Assembly (NCBI RefSeq): GCF_902713615.1
Contig: NC_052146.1
Coordinates: 71,009,238-71,073,237 of the forward strand
Source of the DNA: Scyliorhinus canicula
Taxonomy: Eukaryota
Length of the DNA stretch: 64,000 nucleotides
Direction: 5' to 3'
How positions within the stretch are numbered: the first letter of the stretch is position 1; every line of letters begins with the position of its first letter. The translations under genes and the position numbers were made by a program. Below are positions 37,880 through 50,489 of this stretch, one piece after another. Under the pieces are notes generated by a model. That model was not told the origin of the DNA and made no database searches. It saw only the letters and a program-made list of their open reading frames with translations.

Positions 37880-38210
37880 CTTCACGCAGGCGACACCACC
37901 GAGTGCGTCAGCGTGGCTAGGTCACGTGATGGAGTTTCTGGACCTTGAAGGTTAAGTTCACTGTCAGGCGGTCGATATGGTGGATTCTGCCGTGGATGTC
38001 AGCTGTTCATATTGCGTGTGAGGAATTGGTCACTGTTAGCTGTTGGTGGGAGGGGGGCGAGGCGAGAGGGCGAGTTGGTGCGCTTCATTTTCGTAATTGG
38101 GCTGTATTGTTGCAGTTTTCGCTTCGATTTTTTTCTTTTGTTATATGTTAGTTTTGTTTTGCTGTAATTTTTTAAATACAAGTTCAATAAAGATATTTTC
38201 AAAAAAAAAA
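37880..38210 (+). mobile_element. L1 3' end fragment
   Basis: PPSASAWLG.VMEFL then a T-rich 3' UTR, AATAAA and an A-tail. Confidence 0.72.
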
Positions 38211-38339
38211 AGAGCAGCTGTCCCATTGACAACTATTTGGGGGTGGGGGAACTTTACGTCCGTGATCCACCTGTTTTATCACTTTTCAACTCTTCTGTGA
38301 AAGTTCGACAGAACGGATTGTTGTATGGGTCCTTTCAGA

Positions 38340-38580
38340 GGGCAGACTGTGTGAGTCTGCAGTCACATGTCAGCCAGAACAGGTATGGATTTCCTTCATT
38401 AAAGGACACCAATGAGCCAGATGGACTTTACACCAAACGATCTTGCTTCCTGGTCAACGTTAGGGAGACTACATTGCAATTCCTTATTTATGTATAATTA
38501 AACATAAATTCCACCAGCTGCCATTTGAACCCATTAGGGTGGGCCTCTTGTTTAATAGATATTACCACTATGTTAACAGT
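38340..38580 (-). mobile_element. Old DeuSINE/SacSINE-like element
   Basis: gatttccttcattaaaggacaccaatgagccagatgg...aaattccaccagctgcc...atattaccacta, recalled resemblance to shark Deu-domain SINEs. Confidence 0.5.
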
Positions 38581-38753
38581 TCCCCGAAAGTGAATTGAAT
38601 GTGACAGCCATTGAAATCAAGGCAACGTTTGACCAAATGTGGTATCAAGAACACCTAAAAAAACTTAAGTCAACGGGAATCAGAGAGGAAGCTCTCCACC
38701 GGTTGAAATCATTCCTGATAGAAAGGAAGATGGTTCTGGTTGTTGAAGGCCAA

Positions 38754-39080
38754 GGGGCAGCACGGTAGCATAGTGGTTAGCATCAATGCTTCACAGCTCC
38801 AGGGTCCCAGGTTCGGTTCCCGGCTGGGTCACTGTCTGTGCGGAGTCTGCACGTCCTCCCCGTGTGTGCGTGGGTTTCCTCCGGGTGCTCCGGTTTCCTC
38901 CCACAGTCCAAAGATGTGCGGGTTAGGTGGATTGGCCATGCTAAATTGCCCGTAGTGTAAGGTTAAGGGGGAAGTTGTTGGGTTGCGGGTATAGGTGAGT
39001 TTGAGTAGGGTGATCATTGCTCGGCACAACATCGAGGGCCGAAGGGCCTGTTCTGTGCTGTACTGTTCTAAACTGTTCTA
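38754..39080 (+). mobile_element. HE1-type V-SINE
   Basis: Near-identical to 43471-43798. Confidence 0.9.
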
Positions 39081-39895
39081 AAAGTCATATCCGTTTCAGG
39101 ATATGGTTGCAGGAGTTGCTCAGTTTTGTGCCCTAGGCATAATTTGCTTCATCGTTTCATCACTGGCCTTCCAGCCTTCTGTCTATGGACTGCCCAGAAC
39201 ATAAAAACAAAGTCTGACCCAGTCACTTCAAGGAACACCACTAAAATTTAAGTTATTGGGAATCAGGGAAGCTCTCCAGTGATTGGAGTCGTACCCATCA
39301 TAAAGGAAGATGGCTGTTGTCGGCTAACCTCAGTCCCAGAATATTGCTGCAGGAGTTCCGCTGAGGACCATCACCGGACTCAAACATCTTCAGCTGCTTC
39401 ATCAATGACCTCCTTCATACCATCAGAAATGGGGACGCTCGCTGACATCAATGTGTCACAATTTCCAGCAAGACCTGAACAGCATTCAGGCTGGTATCTG
39501 AGGAGCAACATTCACGTCACAAGCAGCAGGTAATGACCATCTCCAACAAGGGAGAATCTAATCATGACCCATGGGCATTCAATGAAATTATCATCATTGA
39601 ACACCCCACTATCAATATCCTGCTGGTTACATTGAGCAGAAAGAGAACTAGGCCAGTCCTTTGAAGACTGCCATCCTACGTGCAATTAGAGGTGGGGACT
39701 TCTGTGGCCAATAACTCCTTTTATGACTCCCCAAGCCTGGCCGCCATCAACATGGTTCAAATCAGGAGTGTTATGGAATATTTTCCACTTGCCCAGATGA
39801 AAGCAGCTCCAACAGCAGTCCAGAAGCCTGACTGCATCAAGGTCAAAACAGTTCCCCTTGGTTGGCACCCCACCCAGCCCCTTAAACAATCACTT

Positions 39896-42227
39896 CTTAT
39901 AATGGGAGCGCCCCCCCCCCCCCCCGGGAGAGAAAACCAGGGGTGATCGTCTCCCTGGACGCAGAAAAGACCTTCAACAGAGTCGAATGGAACTGCCTCC
40001 TCGAGGTACTGGAACAGTTTGGGCCAGGAGCGGGGTTCACTGTCTGGGTGAGGCTCCTGTCCAATGCTCCCAAAGCGAGTGTCTGAACTAACACCAGCTC
40101 TGAATACTTTCAGCTACAGAGAGGAACAAGGCAGGGCTGCCCCCTGTTCCCACTCCTGTTCGCACTAGCGATAAAACCCCTGGCGATATCCCTGCGGGAC
40201 GCGGAAAGCTGGAAAGCAATCCAGAGAGGAGACAGTAAGCACAGAGTTTCACTCTATGCAGATGACGTGCTCCTCTATGTCTCGAAGCCACAGGAGGGAC
40301 TGAAGGCAATACTGCAAATACTGAAAGAGTTCAGAACCTTCTCGGGTACAAACTTAACGTGGGCAAAAGCGTGGCATTCCCAGTGAACCCAAAAGGGGGA
40401 GGGGCAGAGCTGGAGGGGCTCCGTTCAAAACGGCCCAGAACAGATTCCGTTACCTGGGGATCCAGATAGCCAGAAAATGGACACAGATCTACAAGTGGAA
40501 CCTGACCAGCCTGGTGGAGGAAGTAAGAAAAGACCTTCAACGGTGCGGCTCACTCCCACCCTCCCTGGCACGGAGAGTTCATACAATCAAGATGAACGTA
40601 CTGCCACGGTTCCTCTTCATGTTTAGATCCATTCTGATCTTCATCCCCAAGGCCTTTTTCCAAAACATAGACAGTCTAATCATGGCGTTTGTGTGTGTGG
40701 GGGTGGGGGTGAGGGTGGAAGGAACCTGAGAATACCCAAACCGATACTGCAAAGAAGAAAAATCAAAGGGGGCTTGGCCTTACCAAACCTACAATACTAC
40801 CACTGGGCAGCAACGGCAGAAAGAGTGAGGGGATGGGTAAAAGAACCCGACACTGGGTACAAATGGAGGAGGTGCCCTGTAAAGAAACGATCCTCCTCTA
40901 CAACAGCATCCTCCTCAACGAGATACACAATGAGCCCAGCTGTAGCCGCCACGCTGAAAACGTGGACCCAGTTGAAACAGCACTTTGGGATAAGTAAAAT
41001 GGCCCCTATGGGCCCCATCCACGGCAACCACAGATCCCCCCCCCCTCCCCCAGTCATGATAGATACCACCTTCAAAAGATGGAGTCAGGATGGGGTTGCA
41101 CTGCTGGTCGGGGACTTCTACGTAGGGCATAGACTGGCAACACTGGATGAACTGACGAGGAAGTGGAAACTAACAAAAGGACAGAAAATGAGACACCTCG
41201 AAATAAAAAACTTCCCCCGCAAAGAGACAGTGGGGTACCCCGGGGCCCCAGAAAACACACTACTAGAGGACCTGATAGGCACAAGCTGCGAGAAGGAGTG
41301 GGTGGGGGGGGCTATGTGGGAAAAGATAAGGACAGCTACTGGACATGGGTCGAACACCACTGGACAAGACCAGACAAAAATGGAAAGGCGAACAGGGGAC
41401 AGAGGTAGGATGGGGACTCTGGAGCGAAGCAGCGAGCAGGGTGAACTCCACCTCCTCCTGCACAAGGCTAAACCTAATACAGCTCAAAGTGGTGCACAGA
41501 GCGCACCTGACCATAACTCGAATGAGTTCCGGAGGTGGATGACAAATGTGAACGGTGTCAGTGGGGCCTAGCCAACCACACCCACATGTTCTGGGCCTGT
41601 CCCAAACTTGCTGTGTTCTGGACAGCCCTCTCCGAGGCAATGTCCAGGGTTGTGGGGGTGAGGGTGAAGCCATTACCAATAGTGACAATCTTTGGGGTAT
41701 CGGAGCAGCCAGGGTTACACATGGGGAAGGGGGCCAACGCCCTTGCTTTTGCTTCCCTCATCACACGCCGGAGAATCCTGCTCGGCTGGTGATCGGCAGC
41801 ACCACCCAAAGCTGCAGACTGGCTCGCTGACCTCTCCACCTGGAGAAGATTAAGTACGCCATCCGAGGGTCAGAGGAAGGCTTCCTGGATACTTGGGGGC
41901 AGTTTGTCGGCCTGTTCCAAAACCTGTTCGAGGCCAACAACGAGGAGTAAGATAAGAATAAAAAACAAGCAAACAAGATAGATGAGGACAGCGCAGCCCG
42001 GTGTGGGGAGGGTAGGCGGGAGGAAGGTGGGGAAACCACAAGAGAAGAGGATGGGGAGGGGGGAAGAAGGGAGGACGAGACGGGGAAGGGGGAATTATAG
42101 ACCAATCCAAGGGCAACAAAATGTACATAGAGTTAGTTAAATTAGCGCGGGCGAAAGAAAATGTAATGTATACTCACATCAACTGTTTATAAATAAGAGA
42201 AAAGCCAAGAAAAAGATTTTCGAAAAA
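39896..42227 (+). mobile_element. L1/Tx1-like LINE (E), 5' truncated, inserted in a CR1-like LINE
   Basis: RT (QGCPLFPLLF, LYADD) through the C-terminus and A-tail. 12-bp TSD AAACAATCACTT (39884 and 42228). Confidence 0.9.
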
Positions 42228-43470
42228 AAACAATCACTTTTTCCACACAGGTAGACAGTGGCAGTAGTGTGTACCATCCAAAATATGCACTGCAGCAACA
42301 AGCTAAGTTCTTCCAATAGCATCTCCAAACTCACGAGATTTCCCCTCGCAATAAACAACATTCTGTTAATTTTTCTAATTGCTTCTTGTGCCTGCCTCCT
42401 AATCATTTCAAATTCATGAATTGAGGTACCCATATCCCTCGTTTCGTTTTAATTCTTTAAGCCCAAATGGAAAATTTAATTAAATATTCCATATTAAGCC
42501 GGAATGTAACTAACTACAAAGAGGTGTTGGAGATGGAGGGAATTTTTGATTAAATCATTATGGACTACGGATTTGTTTCACAGCAGCATTGTGGTCCTCC
42601 ACCTCGTCAGCTGTACCTCGATTTGAGGATTTTGTCGACTCAGGGTCACGATGTTCTGCCGTGGATTTGCACGGGACTGAAGAGGTCGATTCTCCACCAG
42701 GTCGTTGGGCACACGGAGCAAAACATCCAAATAGGTAGTGGGATTTGGAGTTCAAGATTTTCTTCCTTTTCTTTTCTGTCTCAACCTTAAGATAGTTCGA
42801 TCGACAAATTGTTGCAATTTTGGACAATTGGTAGCAACCTCCTCGAAGTCATTCAGAAGTTTCAGAATGTCTTTAAAGCACTTAGAAAGTTAGAGCACTT
42901 AGAAAGGACAGAGTCGACATAGTTTTGTGAAAGAGAGCTCATACTTAACTAATAAAGTAGAGCTCTTGAGGAAGTAAGAAGTAACATGGGAACAGGGAAA
43001 CCTATTAACGTAATGCACTTGGATTTCTAGAAGGTATTTGACAAGGTTTTATGTCAATAGTTACTGAACAAAATGAGAGATCAGAGTGTGGGTATAACTG
43101 TTAGCACGGATGAAGGATTTCTTACCTAATGGGAAACAGCAGATTGGCGTAAATGGGTATTTTTTGGGTCAGCAAGGTGTAGAGTAGAGTCTCGGTATTG
43201 CCCTTAAAGGGACGATCTCCACACTCACCACAGTGCGGCAGTGATCAATGCCGGGGTCTCAACTACTTACAGCCTACATTAATGGCCGATACGACTATGC
43301 TGAAAGATAAGTATGAAAGTAACTTGTGAAAAGGGCATAACAAATCTGAAAGGGGATATGGATATATTAAGTGAGTGGGCAAATGACGTATAATGTGCGA
43401 AAAGGTGAACCTGTCCACTTTGGCAGAAATAATAGAAAAAAGGTGTCATGTGAGAGTACCTTTCAGAAAT

Positions 43471-43798
43471 GGCCTCACGGTAGCATGGTGGTTAGCATCA
43501 ATGCTTCACAGCTCCAGTGGTCCCAGGTTCGATTCCCGGCTGGGTCACTGTCTGTGTGGAGTCTGCACGTCCTCCCCGTGTGTGCGTGGGTTTCCTCCGG
43601 GTGCTCCGGTTTCCTCCCACAGTCCAAAGATGTGCGGGTTAGGTGGATTGGCCATGCTAATTGCCCGTAGTGTAAGGTTAATGGGGGGATTGTTGGGTTA
43701 CGGGTATACGGGTTACGTGGGTTTAAGTAGGGTGATGATTGCTCGGCACAACATCGAGGGCCGAAGGGCCTGTTCTGTGCTGTACTGTTCTATGTTCT
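43471..43798 (+). mobile_element. HE1-type V-SINE inserted in the Gmr1 5' LTR
   Basis: TSD AAATGG (43467 and 43799); absent from the 3' LTR. Confidence 0.92.
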
Positions 43799-44385
43799 AA
43801 ATGGGTGTTTTTATAGAATAACTGTAGTGGGTGTACTTTACGAAATGGGTGTTTATTACTGCAGTGATGTCAGAGTGTGGGTGGAGCTGGGTTGCCTGTC
43901 TGCTTACTTTCGTTTTTGAGCAGGTTGCTACAGAGTGAGTTTTTAGTTTCATTTTCAGAGAGAAGAGCTGCAGTGAAAGCCAGCAGATGTGCATGGATCT
44001 CTTGACAAGCTAAAGAATATTCATATTCATTGATTTCAAAACGATAACTGCTCTCATTAGAGAAGGTAAACCTGATTTCTGTGTTAAAAGGGTTTTTTGT
44101 CTTATGGATGTTGTTTGGGTATTTATTAAGGATTACCTAGCGTTGTATTCTTTGGGGGTTTTATTTGAATTGATGGTTGCTAAGATGTTCACTGTATTTT
44201 TTTAAAGGTTAACTTGAGTTCATAGAATAAACATTGTTTTGCTTTTAAAATACTGTTAGATGTCTGCTGCACCACACCTGTCAAGTGAGCCGTGTGCTTC
44301 CCATACCACAATCTATTAAAAATTGTGAGTCAGGTGAACTCCATGATACACTTTGGGGTTCTCTAAACCCTGGCCCATAACAAAT

Positions 44386-44403
44386 TGGGGCCTCGTCCAG
44401 TAT
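44386..44403 (+). promoter_or_regulatory. Primer binding site, tRNA-Pro type (degenerate)
   Basis: TGGGGCCTCGTCCAGTAT, 15/18 match to the tRNA-Pro PBS TGGGGGCTCGTCCGGGAT, 3 nt after the 5' LTR. Confidence 0.8.
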
Positions 44404-44516
44404 AAAAGTAGATCTATTGGATTGGTTTAGTGAACGTAAAGACAGTGAGGGTGAGGATATTGTGGTTGCTTTTCAGGTGTGGTATTTCAGTTGAAGTAGG
44501 GGGTGCATTGAGGACA

Positions 44517-46217
44517 GTGGCTCTTTCAGAGGCTCTGAAGTTTTTGGGGTTGGAGACGGTCACACGCAGTACCTTATGGACAGAGACAAAAGGAAACTGT
44601 TAGATTTGGCGAAAACACTGCAGTTAACATTACCTGACAAAATGCGAAAAGATGAGATAATTATGGCGGTGGCTAAGCATTTAAAGTTGCCTGAGATACA
44701 GTTTGACTCATTGGAAATGGCAAAAATTCAGTTACAAATAAAACAAATGGAACATGAGAAAGAATTAAAGCAGCTTGTATATGAAAGCGATAGAGAGGAA
44801 AAAGAAAGCGAGAGAGAGGAAAAAGAAAAGGAGAGAGAAGAAAGGCGAAAAGAAAGAATAGCCCTAGCAGAACAAAAAAAAGAGAAAGGGAGATACAGAT
44901 CAGGGATAAAGATAAAGAGAGAGAGTTCGAACTTCAGAAAATGGCCATGAAACATCACAGCCAGTTAAAATTGGCAGACGTAAAGGGAAACGTACAGTTG
45001 GATGATAGCGATGAGGATAGCGAAAGAGCGTCGCAGTTGAAGGCTTGATGGGGATCTATTTAAATATGTCCAAGCATTGCCACGGTTTGATCAGAAAGAG
45101 GTAGAGCCTTTTTCATTTCATTTGAGAAGGTAGCTAAACAACTGAAGTGGCCACAAGACATGTGGGTATTACTGATTCAAACAAAACTGGTGGTCGGGCT
45201 AGTGAAGTGTTTGCATAATTACCAGAGGAGATATCTGGGACGTATGAGGAGGTGTAAAAGTCCATCTTAGGTGCATATGAACTAGTGCCTAAAGCCTCCA
45301 GACAAAGGTTTCGAAATTTAAGGAAAACATTTGGTCAAACGTCCATGGAGTTTGAAAGGCTCAAACAGAGTAATTTTGAGAGATCGATAAGGGCTTTCAA
45401 AATAGACCAAACGTATGAAGCTCTCGGAGAAATTATGCTTTTGGAGGAGTTTAAAAATTCAATTCCTGATGTAGTGAGAACTCATGTGGAAGGGCCGAAG
45501 GTTAAAACTGCGAGGTTAGCAGCAGAAATGGCAGATGATTATGAATTAGTTCATAAATCAAACATTGGTTTCCGACATCAGTTTCAGCCTGTGAGGGTTA
45601 GAAACTGGGGACATGAGAAATACTTAAGTGGTAAAGGTGAAGGTGATCTGATTGGAGATAATAAGGGGAGTGTACCTCAGACTAAAAAAGAAATCCAGAA
45701 GGGTGGAAAAGAAATGAAAACTTTCAAATGTTTTCACTGTAATAAACTCGGCCATGTAAAATCACAGTGTTGGTGGTTGAAGAAAAGCACTGGGAAGGTT
45801 GATGTGACAAAACAGGATAAGACAGAGGGGTTTCTTAAAGTGGGAAAGGAAAGCCCAAGTGAAGCGAAGGAGGTGCAAAAGATTTTACAACCTGATCAAG
45901 AGGTGATTGATAAGAAGGTGCCAGATCTCTTTAAAGAATTTATTTGTGTGGGTAAAGTTTACTCATGTGTATCAGGAGGAGCAGGTAAAGAAGTCACAAT
46001 TTTAAGTGTTACGGGAGCTAGTCAATCTTTAATGGTAAGAGATGAGGAGTTATGTAGTTTGGGACGAATATTGCCAGTAAAGGTGGGAATATGTGGAATT
46101 CTGGGTGAGTGGAGTAGTGTTCCATTATATAAGGTAAGGTTGGAAAGTCTAGTGAAGAGTAGTAAAGTGGCAGTAGGAGAACCTATCTTGTCCAGGAATA
46201 CAGTTTATCTTGGGTAA
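44517..46217 (+). pseudogene. Gmr1-like gag and protease (frameshifted)
   Basis: ORF pieces 44576-44950 and 45285-46217 carry a coiled-coil, LEEFKNSIP, a CCHC knuckle and a decayed protease site L(SV)TGASQSL. Confidence 0.82.
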
Positions 46218-46597
46218 TGATACAGCTGGATCGCAAGTGGGTGTGTTGCCTACTGTGGTTGATAAGCCAATGGAAAATTAGACAACTGAAGTGTTGAAGG
46301 ACGAGTATCCTGGGATTTTTCCGAATTGTGTAGTGACAACGTCGCAAAGTCACAGGTTACGACAAGAGGAGAAATCAAAAAGTGAAAATGAAGTGTAAGC
46401 GTAATTATCAGAAACGATTTTTGATCAGATGGTAGCAAAAGAAGAAGAACAGGTGGAGGATGAGGCGGATATTTCTAGTTCAGGAAAATTGGCGGAGTTA
46501 CAACAAAAAGATATAGAAATAAACAGATGTATCAGAAACATATACAGAAGAGGAATCTGAGTGTGTACCAGAGTGTTATTACGGTAAAAATGATGCC

Positions 46598-47677
46598 TTG
46601 ATGAGAAAATGGAAACCTTTACAGATGCAGGTGGATGAAAAGTGGGCAGAAGTTCATCAAGTGGTATTGCCGGTAGGGTATAGAAAGAAGGTGTTGCGAG
46701 TTGCACATGAGATACCAGTGGGAGGTCATTTGGAAGTATGGAAAACTCAAGCTAAATTACAAAAACATTTTTATTGGTCGGCACTGCATAAAGATGTAGT
46801 AAAATTTTGTCAATCATGTCACACATGTCAAGTAATAGGAAAACCTCAAGCAGTGATAAAACCAGCGCCCTTAATACTCATTCCAGCATTTAGGAACCTT
46901 TTACAAGAGTCATAATTGATTGCGTCGGACAACTTCCTAAAACGAAACTGGGAATCAATATCTTTTGACTATAATGGATGTGTCTACTACGTTTCCAGAG
47001 GCAGTCCCAGTGCATAATATTACAGCTAAAATGATTGTGGAGGAGTTACTTAAATTCTTTGCTGGATATGGACTACCCACAGAAATACAATCGGATCAAG
47101 GATCAAATTTATCTCAAGGTTCTTCAAAGAAGTTATGGATAGCTTAGGAATAAAACAATTTAAATCAACTGCATACGATCCAGAATCGAAGAGAGCATTG
47201 GAAAGGTGACATCTGACATTAAAGGCAATGTTGAGGTCTTATTGTCACGATTATCCAGAGGATTGGGATAAAGGAATTCCATTTGTACTGTTTGCAATTA
47301 GGGTTGCACCGAATGAGTCAACCAAATTCAGTCCTTTTGAACTAATTTTTGGCCATGAGATAAGAGGACCACTTAAATTGATTAAGGAAAAATTGGTGAG
47401 TGAGAAATCAGAAATTACATTATTGGATTACGTGTCAAAATTTAGGGAACGAATAAATAGAGCAGATGAATTGGCTAGACAACATTTAGAAGTTGCACAA
47501 AATATGATGGAACGGGTAGTGGACAAGAAATCCAAAGTTCGTACTTTTGCCAGTGGAGATAGAGTTTTAGTGTTGTTACCAGTGGTAGGTGAGCCTTCAA
47601 AAGCAAGGTTTTGTGGACCTTATGAGATTGAAACGAAATTAAGTGAGGTGAATTATGTGGTTAAAAACACGAGATAG
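46598..47677 (+). pseudogene. Gmr1-like integrase (frameshifted), upstream of RT
   Basis: HEIPVGGH...CQSCHTC zinc-binding motif, EIQSDQGSN, WDKGIPFVLFAIR, FCGPYEI. Confidence 0.85.
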
Positions 47678-47979
47678 AAGGAAGACTCACCGAGTGTGTC
47701 ATGTGAATATGCTTCAAAGGTATTTTGAAAGGGAAGGAGAGAAAAAGGAGGAGGTTTTAATGATTCAAACTCAAAGTTACGAACCAAATCCAGATGACTG
47801 TGAATTTGACATACCTCAACTTAAATTGGAAAATAAGGATGTTCTTAAAAATTGGGATAAATTGTTGAGTTAACTTCCAGAGGAAAAACGGACTGACTAA
47901 CAGAGTTATTGATATCACATGGACAAGTTTGTAGAGGTAAATTGGGAAGTACTAAAATGGCTTTCCATTATGTAGATGT

Positions 47980-48850
47980 GGGAAATGCTGTTCCAATCAA
48001 ACAACAGCCAAAGATTTAACCCTTTAAAATTGGCACAGGTTAACAAAGAGATTGAGAGCATGCTTAAAAATGGCATAATTGAAGTGGATTGCAGCTAATG
48101 GAGCTCACCCATAGTGATGGTCCCGAAACCAGACGGTACCCAACGGTTGTGTTTGGACTATAGAAAGGTTAATGAAGTTACAAGAACGGACTCTTATCCT
48201 ATCCCACGTTTGGACGATTGCATTTGAGAAAGTGGGACAATCAGCTTTTATTTCCAATCTGGATTTACTTAAAGGTTACTGGCAGGTACCTTTATCCGAA
48301 AGGGCGAACGAGATTTCAGCTTTTGTGACTCCAGATGGTATATACCAATTCAAAGTTATGCCATTTGGCATGAAAAGCACCCCAGCCATATTTCAACGGT
48401 TAACTAACAAAGTCATTTCAGGATTACCCAATTGGGCGGTATACATCGGCGAGCTGGTAATTTTCAGCCAGACATGGAAAGAGCATTTGAAACATCTGAT
48501 GGAGTTATTCGATCGGGTTCAGGAGGCGGGTTTGGTGGTAAACCTAGCGAAAAGTGAACTTGGAACAGCCCAAGTCACTTTCCTTGGCCATACAATCGGA
48601 CAGGGTCGAATGGTCACACGGGATGTGAAAGTAACAGTTATTGAGGAGTTCCCAATACCCTCATCACAAAGGAAAATAATGCGATTTCTTGGCATGAGTG
48701 GATTTTATCAAACATTTGTGCAAAGATTTTGTAGCGTGATTGCTCCACTGATGGACTTGCTCAGTAAGCGTAACAATTCCAGTGGACAACAGAATTTCAA
48801 CAGGCATTTTACTGCCTGAAAGCTGTGATGACCAATGCTCCTGTGTTGGA
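47980..48850 (+). pseudogene. Gmr1-like reverse transcriptase; RNase H apparently missing
   Basis: WSSPIVMVPKPDGTQRLCLDYRKVN, LDLLKGYWQVP, YQFKVMPFGMK, decayed YIDD (YIGE), FLGMSGFY. Only about 280 nt remain before the PPT. Confidence 0.85.
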
Positions 48851-50489
48851 GAATTGCATGGGACTCTGATCAGATTGAACTAAAGTATCTGACTTTAAAG
48901 AGAAATGCCGAGGTGTAGAGAAATGGAGGGATCGCACAGAGACCTTCTTGTTCAAAGAGACTGTCAATCAAGAGGGATTCCAGTTGGAAGAAGAAGAAAA
49001 AATGCACTATATTATTATACCTGTTTGCATCTGTTGTTTTTTTAAACGAAAAAGTATATTTACTTTTCTTAAAGGATAGTGAAAAGGTGAAAAATGAAAC
49101 CATCTTGAAGTTGATGGTTTATTTTTTTGGGGGGGGGCAGGTGTCATGTGAGAGTACCTTAAAAAATGGGTGCTTTTATAGAATAACTGTAGTGGGTGTA
49201 CCTTTATGAAATGGCTGTTTATTATTGCAGTGATATCTGAGTGTGGGTGAAGCTGGGCTGTCTGTCTGCTTTACTTTCTTTTTTGAGCAAGCTGCTATAG
49301 AGTGAGTTTTTAGTTTCGTTTTCAGAGAGAAGAGCTGCAGTGAAAGCCAGCAGATGTGCATGGATCTCTCGACAAGCTAAGGAGTGATCATTTGGGTGAT
49401 TTCAAAGGGGTAACTGCTCTTATTAGAGAACTTAAACCTGATCTCTGTGTTTAAAGGGTATTTTGTCTTAGGGATGTTGTTTGGGAATTTATTAAGGATT
49501 TCTTAGTGTTATATACTTTGGGGGTTTATTTGAATTAATGGTTGCCAAGATGTCCACTGTATATTTTTAAAAGGTTAACTTGAATTCATAGAATAAACAT
49601 TGTTTTGCTTTGACAAACAGTGTTATATGTCTGCTGCACCACACCTGTCGAGTGGGCCGTGTGCTCCCCATACCACAATCTATTAAAAGTTGTGGGTCAG
49701 ATGAACTCCATGATACACTTTGGTGTTCTCTAAACCCTGGCCCATAACAAATGGCATATGATTTAAATGGAGAAATATTGCAGAACTTTGGGTATCATGG
49801 TACACTGAACCACAGAAGTTAGTATGCAGGTACAGCAAGTGATGAGGAAGGCAAATGAGATGGTTCCATTTATTGCAAGAAGATTAGGATATTGAAGGAG
49901 AGATGCTTTGATATGGTTGCACAAGACCACGTCTTGTGTGATATGTACAGTTTGGATCAGCTTATTTCAGAACGGACATTTGTTTTAGAATCAGTGCAGA
50001 GGACGTCCACTTGACTGATTCCTGGGATGGGGTGGGTGGATGAGGGGGATGTTGTTGGTTGGTTGCTGATGAGGAAAGGTTGGACAATTGCACCTGTATT
50101 CATGAGAGCTTAAAAGATGGCAAGGTGATCGTATTGAGGGGAGTTGATGGTGAAAGTATGTTTCTTTTGTGAGAAAGAGTAGAAATAAGGCACACTGTTT
50201 AAAAAAAGCGCTGTTCCATTTAATACTGAGTTGAGAATACTATTCTCTCAGAAGGTCATGAATCTGTGAAACGTTATTCCCAAGAGAATTCAGGAGGCAG
50301 AGGTAGAGAGATTCTTGACGAACAACAGAGGTAGAAAGATTTGTGACTAACATGACAGCCTCGCGGTATTGGGGATAGATGCACTGTGAAGTTCAGATCA
50401 CAACAGCTGCAGTCAGATGAGCCATGAACTTCTCAAATGACAGAGCAGGCTCAATTGGTCGAATGGGGCTACTCCTGCTCCTAATCAAT

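Larger units (their letters stand above)
38590..42330 (+). mobile_element. CR1-like LINE RT fragment interrupted by a SINE and L1-E
   Basis: DIKATFDQMWYQ and QGSVLGP-like remnants; resumes after 42228. Confidence 0.65.
43444..49749 (+). mobile_element. Gmr1-like Ty3/gypsy LTR retrotransposon, degenerate
   Basis: LTRs 43444-44382 (SINE-interrupted) and 49142-49749 (TGTCATG...CATAACA). Gag has a CFHCNKLGHVKSQC knuckle, and the order is PR then integrase then RT. G-rich PPT at about 49129-49141. Flanks AAGG/AATG. Inserted in a CR1 fragment. Confidence 0.92.
42880..50480 (+). mobile_element. CR1-like LINE split by the Gmr1 element (parts 42880-43443 and 49750-50480)
   Basis: LDFQKVFDKV motif before the element, continuing to the CR1 3' tail after it. 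Confidence 0.7.

Noticed and set aside
37895-37932. CRE half-site and USF E-box (GTCACGTGA) extending the orphan promoter
   Set aside because: They lie inside L1 ORF2 codons (PSASAWLG.VMEFL) and are chance products.
42558-42827. 89-aa minus-strand ORF in apparently unique DNA
   Set aside because: No recognisable motif or convincing splice context; left unassigned.
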